NCBI GenBank assembly: GCA_965204575.1
Contig: OZ241993.1
Span: 1,488,586-1,552,585 of the forward strand
DNA: 64,000 bases
Source of the DNA: an uncultured candidatus Porisulfidus sp.
GTDB lineage: Bacteria > Pseudomonadota > Gammaproteobacteria > Poriferisulfidales > Poriferisulfidaceae
Reading direction: 5' to 3'
Part shown: positions 19,680-28,883 of the stretch, piece by piece
How the letters are laid out: each line of letters starts with the position of its first letter
Position numbering within the stretch: position 1 is the first letter of the stretch
The notes under the pieces: generated by a model
What the model was told of the DNA's origin: nothing
The model's input: the letters and a program-made list of their open reading frames with translations, nothing else
The model's database searches: none
Program-made: the position numbers and the translations under genes

Positions 19680-20701
19680 TGATCGAGAAACAGATACCCG
19701 TCTGGCTGGAACCGATCTGGAAACAGTGGAGGATAGCCTACCGGGAAGGTCGGCTGCCACATGCGGTACTGGTTACCGGACCGTCCGGAATCGGCAAGCG
19801 CTGGCTGGTTGAAACGTTCATCCGAGGCATTCAATGCCGTGCGCCAACCGAGCAGGGATTGCCTTGCGAACAGTGTCCTTCATGCAAGCAATACGTGTCC
19901 TACCGCCACCTCGAAAAGAAATCCCATCCTGACATCGACTGGTTGACCATCGGGCGCTACTCCATCGGAATCGGAGATATCCGAGATCAAATCATCCAGA
20001 GGTTGACCCTGAAAGCCAACTACGGGCACATGAGGCTTTTGGTGATCGAGCCAGCAGAACGAATGACACGGGCAGCCTCCAATGCGCTGCTGAAGAGCCT
20101 CGAAGAACCCCCTCCCGACACGATGCTTTTTTTAATCAGCCATCAACCAGGGCGCCTGCTGGCAACAATCCGTAGCCGATGTCAGAGATATGCCTTGCCG
20201 GAGCCGGACGCGGAGCAGAGTCAAGCGTGGCTATCCGAATCCATGGCCCCCGAACAAGCCAAAAGTGCTCTACAGGCCGGGGGCGGCATGCCGATGCGAG
20301 CCCTGCAAATGCAACGGGACGATCAAGTAGATTTCCGAAACGAATTCGAACAGGGCTTGACCGATGTCTTGGAAGGCAAACAGTCGGAGACAGCCTTTGC
20401 CAGCGCATGGAATGTGACTCCCGCCCAGGGGAAGGCACGCGGAAAGAAGGCGGGTAGTGAAGAAGCTCAAGAGGACATTTCTATGGATCTGCGCCTAGTC
20501 TGGGTAATAGACCGGGCCGTGGAAGACGTTCGAAGCAAGGTGGCCGAGAAAGACTCTGTTTTGAATATTCGAGCGGCTCTCCAAGCCTACCGGGAATTGC
20601 TGAACATCCGGGCGCGAGAAGCGACTATCCCGGCACCCCAGTTAAACCTGGAAGCGGCCTGCCTAGCACTCACGGGCGGCGCCCAGCCCTCGGCGGACTA
20701 G
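19679..20701 (+). CDS. holB: DNA polymerase III delta-prime subunit
   Basis: N-terminus contains LPHAVLVTGPSGIGK and CxxC zinc motifs. Conserved position after tmk. Confidence 0.85.
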   Translation: MIEKQIPVWLEPIWKQWRIAYREGRLPHAVLVTGPSGIGKRWLVETFIRGIQCRAPTEQGLPCEQCPSCKQYVSYRHLEKKSHPDIDWLTIGRYSIGIGDIRDQIIQRLTLKANYGHMRLLVIEPAERMTRAASNALLKSLEEPPPDTMLFLISHQPGRLLATIRSRCQRYALPEPDAEQSQAWLSESMAPEQAKSALQAGGGMPMRALQMQRDDQVDFRNEFEQGLTDVLEGKQSETAFASAWNVTPAQGKARGKKAGSEEAQEDISMDLRLVWVIDRAVEDVRSKVAEKDSVLNIRAALQAYRELLNIRAREATIPAPQLNLEAACLALTGGAQPSAD

Positions 20702-21837
20702 GGATCGCTGTCGAGGATTTCCTGCAGGGTCTCGAGCGCAAGCTGCAAAGCGTTTGCCGGCGTATAAAAGTGAGGAGAGAAACGGATTCCACCTCCGCGT
20801 GCGGCGCAGAGAACCCCGCGTTCCAGTAACCGCTTATACACCTCTTCGCTCTCCCGGCGAGGAGGCGCAAAGGTCAGGATCCCCGCTCGCCGGTTCGGTC
20901 CCGAAGGTGTCAGTATTCGGCACTCCAAGGCTCGGAGGGATTGATCGAGTTGCTGGATTCTGTCCGCGATACGCTCCTCAATCTCGATCATGCCGACCTC
21001 GTGCAGCAGGTTCAGGCTGGCACGCAGCGCATAGATGCCCAGCGTGTTCAGGCTCCCGCATTCAAACCGTCTGGCATCAGGAGCAATTTCCCAAACGGTT
21101 TCCTCGTAATGGCCGGCTCGGGCAACCATGTGCCAGCCGTACTGAGACAGACCGAGCCGCTCGTACAGCTCGGGACGCACCCAGAACAGTGCGATACCTT
21201 CCGGCCCCAACATCCACTTGTGGGCGTCGGCCGCCAGGAAGTCGATCTTGCTTTCACGCACACTCAGTGAATGCGCGCCCAGGCTCTGGATCGCATCCAC
21301 GCAAAACAGGGTAGGGGTGCCGTGCAAGGCATGCCCCAGTAGGGAAAGGTCCATCTTGAGCCCGGAAGCATAGTGCACTGAACTAGTCGTCAAGAGACGG
21401 GTACGAGAATCGACTTGTTCAAGGAGTGCTTGTTCGGGGGTGTCTGTGGCATTAACATCCACCCAGCGGATCTCAACCGAATGCTGTGTGGCCATGGCTT
21501 CCCAAGGAATCCGGTTCGAGGGAAATTCTTCCCGTGCCAGCACGACATTGTCGCCGGCCTTCCAGTCCAACCCGAATGCCACAGCAGAAATTCCCTCAGA
21601 AGTGTTCTTCAAGAAGGCAATCTCGTCTTTCGATTCTGCATCTAGGAGCCAACGGCCAAGTTCCCGCAATTCCCGTTCTTCCTGCAACCACATGTCATAA
21701 CGGCGGGAGCTCCAGCTCGCATTCTCATAAGCGAACTGGGTTACAGCCTTGACAGTTGCTCTTGGCCAAGGTGAAATTCCCGCATGGTTCAGGTGAACCA
21801 GGCTTGGATTTAATTCAAATAATTCGCTATAAGACAT
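20698..21837 (-). CDS. Class V aminotransferase-fold PLP-dependent enzyme
   Basis: 379 aa, class V fold. LNHAGISP N-terminus and PLP-lysine region. Specific function not assignable. Confidence 0.6.
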   Translation of the reverse strand: MSYSELFELNPSLVHLNHAGISPWPRATVKAVTQFAYENASWSSRRYDMWLQEERELRELGRWLLDAESKDEIAFLKNTSEGISAVAFGLDWKAGDNVVLAREEFPSNRIPWEAMATQHSVEIRWVDVNATDTPEQALLEQVDSRTRLLTTSSVHYASGLKMDLSLLGHALHGTPTLFCVDAIQSLGAHSLSVRESKIDFLAADAHKWMLGPEGIALFWVRPELYERLGLSQYGWHMVARAGHYEETVWEIAPDARRFECGSLNTLGIYALRASLNLLHEVGMIEIEERIADRIQQLDQSLRALECRILTPSGPNRRAGILTFAPPRRESEEVYKRLLERGVLCAARGGGIRFSPHFYTPANALQLALETLQEILDSDP

Positions 21838-21879
21838 GGATAATTCTGTTATAATTCAACATTCTGTCAGATTTTCATT

Positions 21880-22896
21880 ATGAACATCGCGGACAAACGC
21901 TTCTGGGGCGGGGTGGTATTTGCCCTGAACCTGCCGGTAGCGAGTGCCGAACTTCTGAATCTGCCCGAAAACGGGGATTCTGTGTTGGGAATCTCCTACA
22001 ACATCACGACTCACTACGGTGAAACGACGCTGATGTTGGCCCAGATGCATCAGATTGGATACCATGAACTGCTGTCGGCCAATCCAAACGTGCATACCTG
22101 GATGCCGGGAGAAGGCATCCGTATGCACATACCCCGGCAATACATTCTACCGGGAAAGGCGCGCACAGGCCTGGTGCTGAACCTCGCGGAACTTCGACTC
22201 TACTACTATGACACCGATCCGGATGGCAAACCCCAGGTCCGGACGTACCCAATCAGCGCAGGGCGGGTCGACTGGGTGACCCCGATCGGGATGACCCGGG
22301 TCCTGGATCGCCTGGAGAACCCGAACTGGTATCCGCCAAAGTCTGTCATCCTCGAGCATGAGGCGAGGGGAGAAGAACTGCCGAAAGTGATTCCACCGGG
22401 CGAAGACAACCCGCTTGGCCGGTATGCCCTGATGCTGGACGCAGATGGCTACTTTATCCATGGCACAAACCGGGAGCAGGGTATCGGAATGAGAGTGACC
22501 CACGGCTGCATCCGATTGCGATCCAAGGACATCGCCGAGTTGATTCATCGAGTGCCTATCGACGCCCCCGTCGAGATCACGTCGATGCCAATCAAGGCCG
22601 GACTGCTAAACGGAATCGTCTACGTGGAGGCTCACCCCAAACCACTGGAAGAGTTTCCGATGCCGGAGAAGAATCCTGTATTTGAAGAAACGGATATCCT
22701 TCGGCCTATTCTTGCCCTTGAAGAGCAACTCCCAGCGGGAGATTACGTAATCTATTGGGAGCAGGTGATGGAGGTTGCGCGGCAGCGGCTTGGAATCCCG
22801 ATCGCAGTCGGCTGGGACCGATCGGTGCAGGTCGCCGTACCAGAGGGCAGGCCGGAATTGTTGTGGAGCCTGGACAAGCCGGCTGACTCCAGTTAA
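21880..22896 (+). CDS. L,D-transpeptidase with N-terminal LysM domain (YcfS/ErfK/YbiS family)
   Basis: HGT…THGCIRL catalytic motif and a LysM-like segment (YNITTHYGETTLMLAQ). Signal peptide present. Confidence 0.8.
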   Translation: MNIADKRFWGGVVFALNLPVASAELLNLPENGDSVLGISYNITTHYGETTLMLAQMHQIGYHELLSANPNVHTWMPGEGIRMHIPRQYILPGKARTGLVLNLAELRLYYYDTDPDGKPQVRTYPISAGRVDWVTPIGMTRVLDRLENPNWYPPKSVILEHEARGEELPKVIPPGEDNPLGRYALMLDADGYFIHGTNREQGIGMRVTHGCIRLRSKDIAELIHRVPIDAPVEITSMPIKAGLLNGIVYVEAHPKPLEEFPMPEKNPVFEETDILRPILALEEQLPAGDYVIYWEQVMEVARQRLGIPIAVGWDRSVQVAVPEGRPELLWSLDKPADSS

Positions 22897-22950
22897 AGAA
22901 AAAGAGCCTGAAAACAGACCCTTTTTCTTGATGCAATCAAACGCTGAAGA

Positions 22951-23247
22951 TTACTTCTTCTGCATATCGTGCATCATCGTGTTGAGGCGATGAGAATTCG
23001 CATCGCAGCAGGAAATTGCCATCCGTGCCAACTCGTCAGCTGTCCTAGCTGACTCATTAGCCTGGAACGCAATGTGATCTGCCGCTTTGGCCATGCGCAA
23101 TGCTTCATCCGCGGTCGATTGAGCCGCAGCAACTTGGGAATCCAACGTTGCAAGGTGATCCATGACCGCCTGAGGAACGCCGCATCCAGTGAGGAAAGCA
23201 CCACTCAAGATGACCCCTAGGGCCAATGCCTTTGCTTTTTTATCCAT
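22951..23247 (-). CDS. Braun lipoprotein (Lpp)-like coiled-coil lipoprotein
   Basis: Signal peptide plus LTGC lipobox, Ala/Gln-rich heptad pattern, C-terminal KK. Start set at the internal Met MDKKAKAL. Confidence 0.6.
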   Translation of the reverse strand: MDKKAKALALGVILSGAFLTGCGVPQAVMDHLATLDSQVAAAQSTADEALRMAKAADHIAFQANESARTADELARMAISCCDANSHRLNTMMHDMQKK

Positions 23248-23418
23248 GTCAACTCCAGAGTTGTGTTGTTTTGTTTTTTTAGTGCACTTTTTGCGGCGCA
23301 CATTGCTAGTAAAAATACAAAGCATTGAGCACCGTCGGGCTGATTGTACAGATTTTAGTGTAATAATTCAACTAGGCGCAGAACTTTCATTCCCATCGAA
23401 CCTTCCTCGCGACTAAAC

Positions 23419-24192
23419 ATGCCATGTTTCATCATGAGTGCATTGCGCTGGAAAGAGCCAATAATTCACTCGATTCGTATCTTCCTGCTCGGGGCGGTCG
23501 TAGTCTCTTTTTCAGCTCCGGCACAGGCTTGGAACGTATTTAACGTCCAGTACCTCTATGGATCAAACTACGAGCTTGAACCTGAGCAGGTGGATGTCCT
23601 TACTTTAGAGTGGGCCAATGGCTGGGCCTATGGAGACAATTTCGCGTTTGTCGACATTACGAACTTCGTCCAAGGTGATAACACCGTCTACGGAGAGTGG
23701 GCACCGCGGCTGAGCCTGTCGAAAATTACCGGCAAGGATTTTTCTACAGGACCAATCCAGGATATTTTGCTGTCGGGGACAGTTGAACTCGGCGAAGACA
23801 TTTCCAACTATTTAATCGGGGGAGCCATCGATCTCGCAATTCCAAGTTTCAATTTTTTCCAGGTCAATGGGTATTTAAGGGAAAACTCCGAGTTATCGGG
23901 ATCCACTTGGCAAGTCACTCTGGCCTGGAGCGCCAATTTCGAAATTGGCAGGGGGCGATGGAACTTTTCAGGCTTTATCGACTGGGCCGGTTCCGAGGGG
24001 AAATCCGGAACACCTGCCTATTCAAAACGTAATTTTCACGCCCAGCCTCAGTTATTGCTGGATTTGGGCCATTTGCGCGGCCGGCCCGGGTGGCTGTATG
24101 CCGGCGTAGAGTGGCTCTACTGGCATAACAGATTTGGAATCCCTGGGATTACCGAATCGGTTGCCCAGGCAATGGTCAAGGCAAAATTCTAG
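23419..24192 (+). CDS. Tsx-like outer-membrane beta-barrel channel
   Basis: Signal peptide, alternating aromatic beta-strands, C-terminal Phe. The segment EWAPRLSLSKIT resembles Tsx EIEPRFSIDKLT. Confidence 0.55.
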   Translation: MPCFIMSALRWKEPIIHSIRIFLLGAVVVSFSAPAQAWNVFNVQYLYGSNYELEPEQVDVLTLEWANGWAYGDNFAFVDITNFVQGDNTVYGEWAPRLSLSKITGKDFSTGPIQDILLSGTVELGEDISNYLIGGAIDLAIPSFNFFQVNGYLRENSELSGSTWQVTLAWSANFEIGRGRWNFSGFIDWAGSEGKSGTPAYSKRNFHAQPQLLLDLGHLRGRPGWLYAGVEWLYWHNRFGIPGITESVAQAMVKAKF

Positions 24193-24380
24193 ATTCCTGC
24201 TGGTTTCCTCTCGTTTCCGGCCGAAAAGGAGCCTGGAGACGTTTGCGCCGGGGCGGCAGACCACCCCAATTGCCAAACCCAACACTTCGCATAATGAATA
24301 TTATGTAAAGTTATAAGTTTCTCAGGGTATGCCGGATCACCGTTCGGCGGTACGATAAAGACCTGAACCAGCCCCCGACC

Positions 24381-25169
24381 ATGCGCATTTCCCTGCTGTC
24401 CGACACACACCATAATTTCGGGGATTCCAGCGAATGGCCACATCCATTGCCGGATCACGACGTCTTGGTCCTCGCCGGTGACATCTCGGAATACGTCAAC
24501 AGCCCTGCAAATCTCACCAAGATCCTTGCGCATTACCGCTCGCGAACAGACCGGCCGATCCTTTATTTGCCTGGAAACCACGAGTTCTACCGCCACGACT
24601 ACCATCGAACACTCGATCGGATCCGGCGCGATACCGATCAATTCGGTATCGAATTGCTGAATTGCCGCCGTATCCAATACGGCGATGTCGCTTTCCACGG
24701 GTGTACGCTGTGGTCCGATTTCACGCTGTTCGGGGCCGAACAGGCTGATCTGTACGGACTTTATGCCGAGCACTCCATTACCGATTTTCACGTAATCGGC
24801 TTTGAAAACAGGGCCTTTCGGCGTACTGACTGTGCAGAACTGCACCGTCAGGAGCGTACCTGGCTTGAAAAGTCTCTGGCCTCGTCGGAGGCCCCGTACA
24901 ACGTGGTCATCACGCATTTCGCGCCAGTTGCGCGGTGTATTCCCGAGCGCTACCTGGGTGATCGATTGAATCCTTATTTCGTTGCAGGATGCGAAGATTT
25001 GGTGGAGCGATTCGAGCCCGGTCTCTGGCTATACGGCCATACGCACCAGCCGGACGACTTCGTCTTGGGAAAAACTAGATTTATTAATAATGCTCGTGGT
25101 TACCCACTTGAAAATTCAGGGATTGATTTTAGACCTGACAAGATAATCGAGGTCGGGCAAAAGGTCTAA
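24381..25169 (+). CDS. Calcineurin-like metallophosphoesterase
   Basis: Motifs GDISE, GNHEF and GHTH are present. Confidence 0.75.
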   Translation: MRISLLSDTHHNFGDSSEWPHPLPDHDVLVLAGDISEYVNSPANLTKILAHYRSRTDRPILYLPGNHEFYRHDYHRTLDRIRRDTDQFGIELLNCRRIQYGDVAFHGCTLWSDFTLFGAEQADLYGLYAEHSITDFHVIGFENRAFRRTDCAELHRQERTWLEKSLASSEAPYNVVITHFAPVARCIPERYLGDRLNPYFVAGCEDLVERFEPGLWLYGHTHQPDDFVLGKTRFINNARGYPLENSGIDFRPDKIIEVGQKV

Positions 25170-25933
25170 CGGTACTCGTTGCGCAAGCAACCAATTCCCT
25201 CAATTTCGACTTCCACAGTGCAGCCGCGCGGCATAGGACCAAGTCCTACCGAGGTCCCACAGCAGATTACATCTCCCGGGCATAGGGTCATATTTTCGGA
25301 CAGCCGCGAAACCGTCTCCGCTGGCGACATCATCATGTCTGAAGCCGGATAACGCTGTTTTTCCTCGCCATCGACCCGCGTCACGATCTCCAGACTCCGG
25401 TAATCCAGCCCGGTCGCAACGACCGGCCCGAATACCCCGAACGTGTCGAACCCCTTCGACCGTGTCCATTGGTCAAATCCCTCGTATTCCTTCAATAAAC
25501 TGAATGCAGTCACGTCATTGATGCAGGTATAGCCGAAAATGGCTTGCTCTGCCTCATCCAAAGAAGATTCTTTTACGGCTTGCCCGATGACAATCCCGAG
25601 TTCGCCCTCGTAGAACACGTCTTCCGTGACCGAAGCCGGATGTCTGATTACTTCGCCAGTTGCCAAGAATGAGGAATTGGCCTTGAACAGATACAACGGA
25701 GTCTCCGGATATTGCAGCCCCTTCTCGTCAGCCAAGGCCTGGTAATTGTTCCAAAGCGCCGGCATCTTGCTCGGCACGGTCGGCGTCAGCACGCGAACCT
25801 CGTCCAGCGCAACGGTTTCGTCGGTCTGAACGGGTGCTGAAAACATATCGCCTTCGCAGACCAGGATGGTGGACCCCTTCAACTGGCCGAAATGCACTCG
25901 ACCGTCGTGCTCGAAACGAATCCAGTACGTCAT
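25166..25933 (-). CDS. Fumarylacetoacetate hydrolase (FAH) family protein
   Basis: FAH fold signature YEGELGIVIG…, about 250 aa. Overlaps the dusA stop by 4 nt. Confidence 0.75.
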   Translation of the reverse strand: MTYWIRFEHDGRVHFGQLKGSTILVCEGDMFSAPVQTDETVALDEVRVLTPTVPSKMPALWNNYQALADEKGLQYPETPLYLFKANSSFLATGEVIRHPASVTEDVFYEGELGIVIGQAVKESSLDEAEQAIFGYTCINDVTAFSLLKEYEGFDQWTRSKGFDTFGVFGPVVATGLDYRSLEIVTRVDGEEKQRYPASDMMMSPAETVSRLSENMTLCPGDVICCGTSVGLGPMPRGCTVEVEIEGIGCLRNEYR

Positions 25934-26913
25934 GCGTATGCCACCCGGCAGGCGGTCTCCCTCAAAGCCTGGAGAGCCGATTCGGAGGAATCCGGGGAGG
26001 CAGCAGCCTGTCTCCAGTTCTTGGCGCCTGGGCGTCCGTGGAACAAGCCCGTGATGTGGCGCGTCATGCGGGCCAGCGGCACCCCTGCTCTGCGTTGTTC
26101 CTCCAGGTATGGCAGATAGGCGTCAAACGCCTCCAATGGAGTCTTTGGTGCCATTGAGTCTGGAAACAAGACTTGTTCGATCTCCCGGATGGCCCAATGA
26201 TCCTCGCACGCGAGCCTCCCGACCATGACACCGTCGACCTGAGCCAGGTGCTGCTGCACTTCCTCGGCCGAGCGAATACCGCCGTTGATCACGATGGTCA
26301 GGTGCGGGAATTCACGCTTGAGTGCCCACACACGGTCGTAGTTCAAGGGTGGAATCGTGCGGTTTTGCTTCGGGCTCAGCCCGGACAGCATGGCGGTCCG
26401 TGCATGCACATAAAACGTCTGGCAACCGGCATCCGCAACAATCTGCACGAATTCCGCCAAGGCCTCCTCCGTATCCTGCCCATCCACGCCAATACGGCAT
26501 TTCACCGTAACCGGGGTCTGGACTTTCGCTTGCATTGCAGCCACGCAGTCTGCAACCCTGAGAGGCTCTTTCATCAAACAAGCCCCGAAGCGCCCCGCCG
26601 AAACGCGGCTGCTTGGGCAGCCGACATTCAGGTTTACTTCGTTATAGCCGTAGTCTTGGGCGATCGCGGTACAGCGGGCCAAGCCTTCCGGATCACTGCC
26701 GCCGAGCTGGAGCGCGACCGGCTGTTCGGCCGGGTCGAATCCAAGCAGAGATTCGGTGTCTCCATGTAAAACCGCTCCCGTTGTCACCATTTCGGTGAAC
26801 AACCATGCATGCGGCGACAAAACTCTCAGAAAATACCGGAAATGACGGTCCGTATGGTCCATCATCGGAGCAATGCAGAAAATTCGTTTAGGCATAAGAT
26901 CCTCGGCGCTCAT
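25930..26913 (-). CDS. dusA: tRNA-dihydrouridine synthase A
   Basis: IAPMMDHTDRHFRYF N-terminus and TIM-barrel Dus family. Confidence 0.85.
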   Translation of the reverse strand: MSAEDLMPKRIFCIAPMMDHTDRHFRYFLRVLSPHAWLFTEMVTTGAVLHGDTESLLGFDPAEQPVALQLGGSDPEGLARCTAIAQDYGYNEVNLNVGCPSSRVSAGRFGACLMKEPLRVADCVAAMQAKVQTPVTVKCRIGVDGQDTEEALAEFVQIVADAGCQTFYVHARTAMLSGLSPKQNRTIPPLNYDRVWALKREFPHLTIVINGGIRSAEEVQQHLAQVDGVMVGRLACEDHWAIREIEQVLFPDSMAPKTPLEAFDAYLPYLEEQRRAGVPLARMTRHITGLFHGRPGAKNWRQAAASPDSSESALQALRETACRVAYA

Positions 26914-26980
26914 TGTAAATCAATGAGATAAGCCGATAACATGCTTTAGGGGCAATTTTTGACGCTATAGTAGTGGCGCA

Positions 26981-27913
26981 ATGACTCTGTCTCCGGCTCC
27001 CGCGCTCCAAATCCAAGGGCTCAAGAAAACCTACGCCAACGGCGTGGAGGCACTGCATGGCATCGATCTGGAAGTCCAGCGCGGAGACTTCTTCGCGCTC
27101 CTCGGGCCCAATGGAGCCGGAAAATCTACCGCCATCGGCATCATTTCCTCCCTGGTGACGTTTTCAGAGGGTTCAGTTACCATTTTCGGGCACGACATCA
27201 TTCGCGACTATGCAGCTGCCCGCGCCTGCCTCGGCCTGGTGCCACAGGAATTCAACTTCAACCAATTCGACCCGGTCTGCGAGACCCTCATGCACCAGGC
27301 CGGGTACTACGGCATTCCTCGCCAAGATGCCGAGAGGCGTACGCAAAGGCTTCTGGAGCAATTCGACCTGTGGGATAAGCGCTCGGTCATGGCCCGCGAA
27401 TTGTCGGGAGGCATGAAACGCCGGTTGATGATCGCGCGAGCCATGATCCATGAACCCCAGCTCTTGATCCTCGATGAACCGACCGCAGGAGTCGACCTGG
27501 AAATCCGCCACAACCTCTGGCATTACCTGAAGGAAATTAATTCCCAAGGCACGACCATCATCCTGACCACCCACTACCTTGAAGAGGCGGAGCAGTTGTG
27601 CCGAACCATCGCGATAATCTCAAACGGCCGGATTCGTGCCGACACCACGATGCGGGAGCTGCTGGATCAGCTGGATTCGGAGCACTTCGTTCTATACCTG
27701 AAGACCCCCCTGCCCCACTGTCCACAGATTGACGGCTATGTCCTGTATTGCCCGGACCCACGGACGCTTGAAGCCACGATCAGCAAGGGAGCCGGCCTGA
27801 ACCGCTTGTTCAGCGAACTCAGTGCTCAAGGCATCGACATTCTCAGCATGAAGAACAAGACCAACCGATTGGAAAAACTTTTTCTGCAACTGGTCGGGCA
27901 TCATTTTGATTGA
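26981..27913 (+). CDS. ABC transporter ATP-binding protein (ABC-2/YadG-like)
   Basis: Walker A GPNGAGKST, LSGGMKRR signature, and Walker B ILDEPT. Confidence 0.85.
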   Translation: MTLSPAPALQIQGLKKTYANGVEALHGIDLEVQRGDFFALLGPNGAGKSTAIGIISSLVTFSEGSVTIFGHDIIRDYAAARACLGLVPQEFNFNQFDPVCETLMHQAGYYGIPRQDAERRTQRLLEQFDLWDKRSVMARELSGGMKRRLMIARAMIHEPQLLILDEPTAGVDLEIRHNLWHYLKEINSQGTTIILTTHYLEEAEQLCRTIAIISNGRIRADTTMRELLDQLDSEHFVLYLKTPLPHCPQIDGYVLYCPDPRTLEATISKGAGLNRLFSELSAQGIDILSMKNKTNRLEKLFLQLVGHHFD

Positions 27914-27919
27914 AGCATC

Positions 27920-28693
27920 ATGCCATTGAAGCAACAACTTATCGCTCTTCAGAGCATGCTGATTCGGGAATATCTGCGTTTCATGCGCATCTGGATCCAA
28001 ACGGTTTTGCCGCCAGCCATCACGACCGTCCTGTACTTCATCATCTTCGGGGAATTGATCGGCTCACAGCTGGCCGACATCGGCGGCTACCGCTACATGG
28101 ACTACATCGCTCCCGGTCTCATCTTGATGTCCGTCATCACCAATGCTTACGCCAATGTTGTTTCTTCGTTCTACAGCTCAAAATTCCAGCGGCACATCGA
28201 AGAATTACTCGTCTCCCCGGTACCAAACTTCATCATCCTGACCGGCTTCGTCGGCGGCGGCATCATGCGTGGGCTGGCGGTCGGGCTGGTGGTCACGGCA
28301 GTCACCGTCTTTTTTGCCGAAATTCCGCTCTTCCACCTTGCCTTGATAGTGGGAGTCGCCGTCCTGACCTGTATCCTGTTCTCCCTCGCCGGGCTCATCA
28401 ACGGCATCTATGCGAAAAGTTTTGACGACATCTCGATCATCCCGACCTTTGTGCTGACTCCCCTGACCTACCTGGGGGGTATTTTTTACTCCCTTGACAT
28501 GCTCTCGCCCTTCTGGCAACAGGTGTCCCTGTTCAACCCGATTCTGCACATGATCGGCCTGTTCCGCTATGGCTGGATGGGAATACAGGAAGTAGACCCC
28601 GTCAATTCACTGCTTTTGATTGTCGCCGTTATTGCCATACTGACGTACACCTGCCTGCAGTTGCTCAAACGGGGCGTCGGCATTCGTCCCTGA
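27920..28693 (+). CDS. ABC-2 type transporter permease (YadH-like)
   Basis: Six predicted TM segments. Immediately downstream of the ATPase. Confidence 0.8.
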   Translation: MPLKQQLIALQSMLIREYLRFMRIWIQTVLPPAITTVLYFIIFGELIGSQLADIGGYRYMDYIAPGLILMSVITNAYANVVSSFYSSKFQRHIEELLVSPVPNFIILTGFVGGGIMRGLAVGLVVTAVTVFFAEIPLFHLALIVGVAVLTCILFSLAGLINGIYAKSFDDISIIPTFVLTPLTYLGGIFYSLDMLSPFWQQVSLFNPILHMIGLFRYGWMGIQEVDPVNSLLLIVAVIAILTYTCLQLLKRGVGIRP

Positions 28694-28760
28694 ACCTCTG
28701 CCCCCAATACGTCTCGGCGCCGGGCCTCACGGCCCAACGTGCTGGCAGTCATTGGAAAAC

Positions 28761-28836
28761 TGGCGTCCCCAAGGGGATTCGAACCCCTGTTGCCGCCGTG
28801 AAAGGGCGGTGTCCTAGGCCTCTAGACGATGGGGAC
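28761..28836 (-). tRNA. tRNA-Glu (anticodon UUC), CCA encoded
   Basis: Reverse complement reads GTCCCCATCGTCTAGAGGCCTAGGACACCGCCCTTTCACGGCGGCAACAGGGGTTCGAATCCCCTTGGGGACGCCA. This is nearly identical to E. coli tRNA-Glu and folds as a cloverleaf. Confidence 0.95.
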
Positions 28837-28883
28837 TATTGGATTGGGTGCGCACTCTAGTAAAAAGAGCCTGATTCGTCAAA

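Noticed and set aside
24189-24917. 242-aa minus-strand ORF
   Set aside because: Antisense to the metallophosphoesterase gene, which has the GDxxE/GNHE/GHTH motifs. No features of its own.
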